From Syntrophales bacterium (GTDB taxonomy: Bacteria > Desulfobacterota > Syntrophia > Syntrophales > PHBD01): DNA of 64,000 nt. The translations under genes were made by a program, and so were the position numbers. Below the pieces are notes generated by a model. That model was given only the letters and a program-made list of their open reading frames with translations. It was not told where the DNA came from and did not search any database. How positions within the stretch are numbered: the stretch's first letter is position 1; each line of letters opens with the position of its first letter. Location of the stretch: positions 335,356 to 399,355 of the forward strand of contig DAOSEM010000001.1 in NCBI GenBank assembly GCA_035363115.1, given 5' to 3'. Shown in pieces: positions 62,951-64,000 of this stretch.

Positions 62951-63970
62951 ATGATGGCCCAGCAGCCCCCTCCCCCGATCCATGTAGACACCGTCGCCAT
63001 CGCCTGGCACAGCGGCGAGGATCCCCTTCCGGGAACCTGCGAAGCCGTCTCGGCGGCCCGGTTCCTGAGCGCCGCTCCGGTGGGGAGGACGGTCGTCGCG
63101 ATGTGCGGCGCCAACCCGGAGGCGGCCGCCCGCAAGGTCGCCGCCGATACGGGACTGCCGGTGTTCGCCCTTCGGGGATCGTCGCTCGATCCCGCCGCCG
63201 GGGACGACGCCGTCCCGGCGCTGGCCTCGTTCCTCCGTGTTCTCGATCCCGCCCTGATCATCCTGGTCCATGATTCCCACGGAGCCGATCTGGCTCCCGC
63301 CCTGGCTGTCCGCCTGGGCGCCGCCTGCATCACCGCCGTGGAGGAGTTTTCTTTCCGGGACGGCCGGCGAACGTTCCTCCGCCCGGTCTGCCGGGGGCGG
63401 ATGCGGATGGAGATTCTGCCTGAGACGGCGTGTACCGTCCTGACCGTCCTGCCCGGCGCCGTCAGCCCCGGCTTTCCGGAGGATGATCGTGCCGGCGGCC
63501 GGAATACAAGGACGGTTTCCGTCCGGATCCGGGATGCAGAGCCCGGGCGCGGCAGGGTCGCGCTGCGGGGTGAAGTCTGCGGCGAGGAAGGCGGTGTTGA
63601 ACTGGCGGAGGCGGACGTGATCGTTTCGGCGGGACGGGGAATCGGTCGGGAAGAGAACCTCGATCTGATCCGGCGCCTGGCGGGCCTGTTTCGGAACGCC
63701 GCCGTGGGCGCTTCCCGTCCCGTCTGCGACCAGGGCTGGCTCGGGTATCGGCACCAGGTCGGCCTTACGGGCCAGACCGTTGCACCGGACCTTTATGTGG
63801 CCTGCGGGATCTCCGGGACATCGCAACACCTGGCCGGGATGAAGGGCTCCCGCTGCATCGTCGCCGTCAACCGGGATCCTGCCGCCCCGATTTTCCGGGC
63901 GGCCCATTACGGAGTCGTCGAGGACCTGACGGTCTTTCTTCCCCGGCTGATCGAGGCGGTGAAGGGTTAA
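62951..63970 (+). CDS. etfA: electron transfer flavoprotein alpha subunit
   Basis: C-terminal FAD-binding region VGASRPVCDQGWLGYRHQVGLTGQTVAPDLYVACGISGTSQHLAGM...IVAVNRDPAAPIF. Confidence 0.85.
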   Translation: MMAQQPPPPIHVDTVAIAWHSGEDPLPGTCEAVSAARFLSAAPVGRTVVAMCGANPEAAARKVAADTGLPVFALRGSSLDPAAGDDAVPALASFLRVLDPALIILVHDSHGADLAPALAVRLGAACITAVEEFSFRDGRRTFLRPVCRGRMRMEILPETACTVLTVLPGAVSPGFPEDDRAGGRNTRTVSVRIRDAEPGRGRVALRGEVCGEEGGVELAEADVIVSAGRGIGREENLDLIRRLAGLFRNAAVGASRPVCDQGWLGYRHQVGLTGQTVAPDLYVACGISGTSQHLAGMKGSRCIVAVNRDPAAPIFRAAHYGVVEDLTVFLPRLIEAVKG

Positions 63971-64000
63971 CCCGGCCCGCCGCGTCTTATTCCCACCCCA

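Overview
GC-rich, gene-dense chromosomal segment with about 60 protein genes and one tRNA. I saw no CRISPR array, rRNA, transposase or prophage. The content is mostly housekeeping: lgt (partial), trxB, yebC-ruvCAB-queH, lpxC, dnaJ, purC, leuCDB, split metH, pyrE, nfi, ribF, tRNA-Leu(CAG), ilvE, moaC, pyrG, mtnA-like, mobB and etfA. There are also two sigma-54-dependent two-component systems: DUF4390-NtrY/NtrX-like and ZraS/ZraR-like with a divergent Spy/CpxP/ZraP-like gene. The gene mix (Etf subunits, a 4-hydroxybutyryl-CoA dehydratase homologue, many sigma-54 regulators, a selenoprotein) suggests an anaerobic deltaproteobacterium-like organism, but that is inference only. Six things deserve a second look. 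(1) A CoA-disulfide reductase/NADH oxidase homologue has an in-frame TGA at the catalytic Cys position followed by a SECIS-like hairpin, so it is a probable selenoprotein that the ORF track splits. (2) An operon links a hexapeptide-repeat-like protein to a 1255-aa GlmS-like amidotransferase/SIS protein and to pyrG by ATGA overlaps. The GlmS-like protein has a 54-aa leader before the nucleophile Cys, a roughly 150-aa insertion and a roughly 200-aa C-terminal extension. (3) A 1417-aa protein fuses a GT3-type glycogen synthase to an alpha-glucan phosphorylase, inside a GT4 + debranching-enzyme cluster. (4) A structured intergenic repeat family I do not recognise is present in three copies. (5) A complete UAS-IHF-sigma-54 promoter layout sits upstream of the zraP-like gene, and an orphan etfB is translationally coupled to the kinase/regulator pair. 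(6) metH is split, with an unknown 151-aa gene between the activation-domain gene and the core gene. All functional calls come from motif recognition in the translations; no database search was possible.
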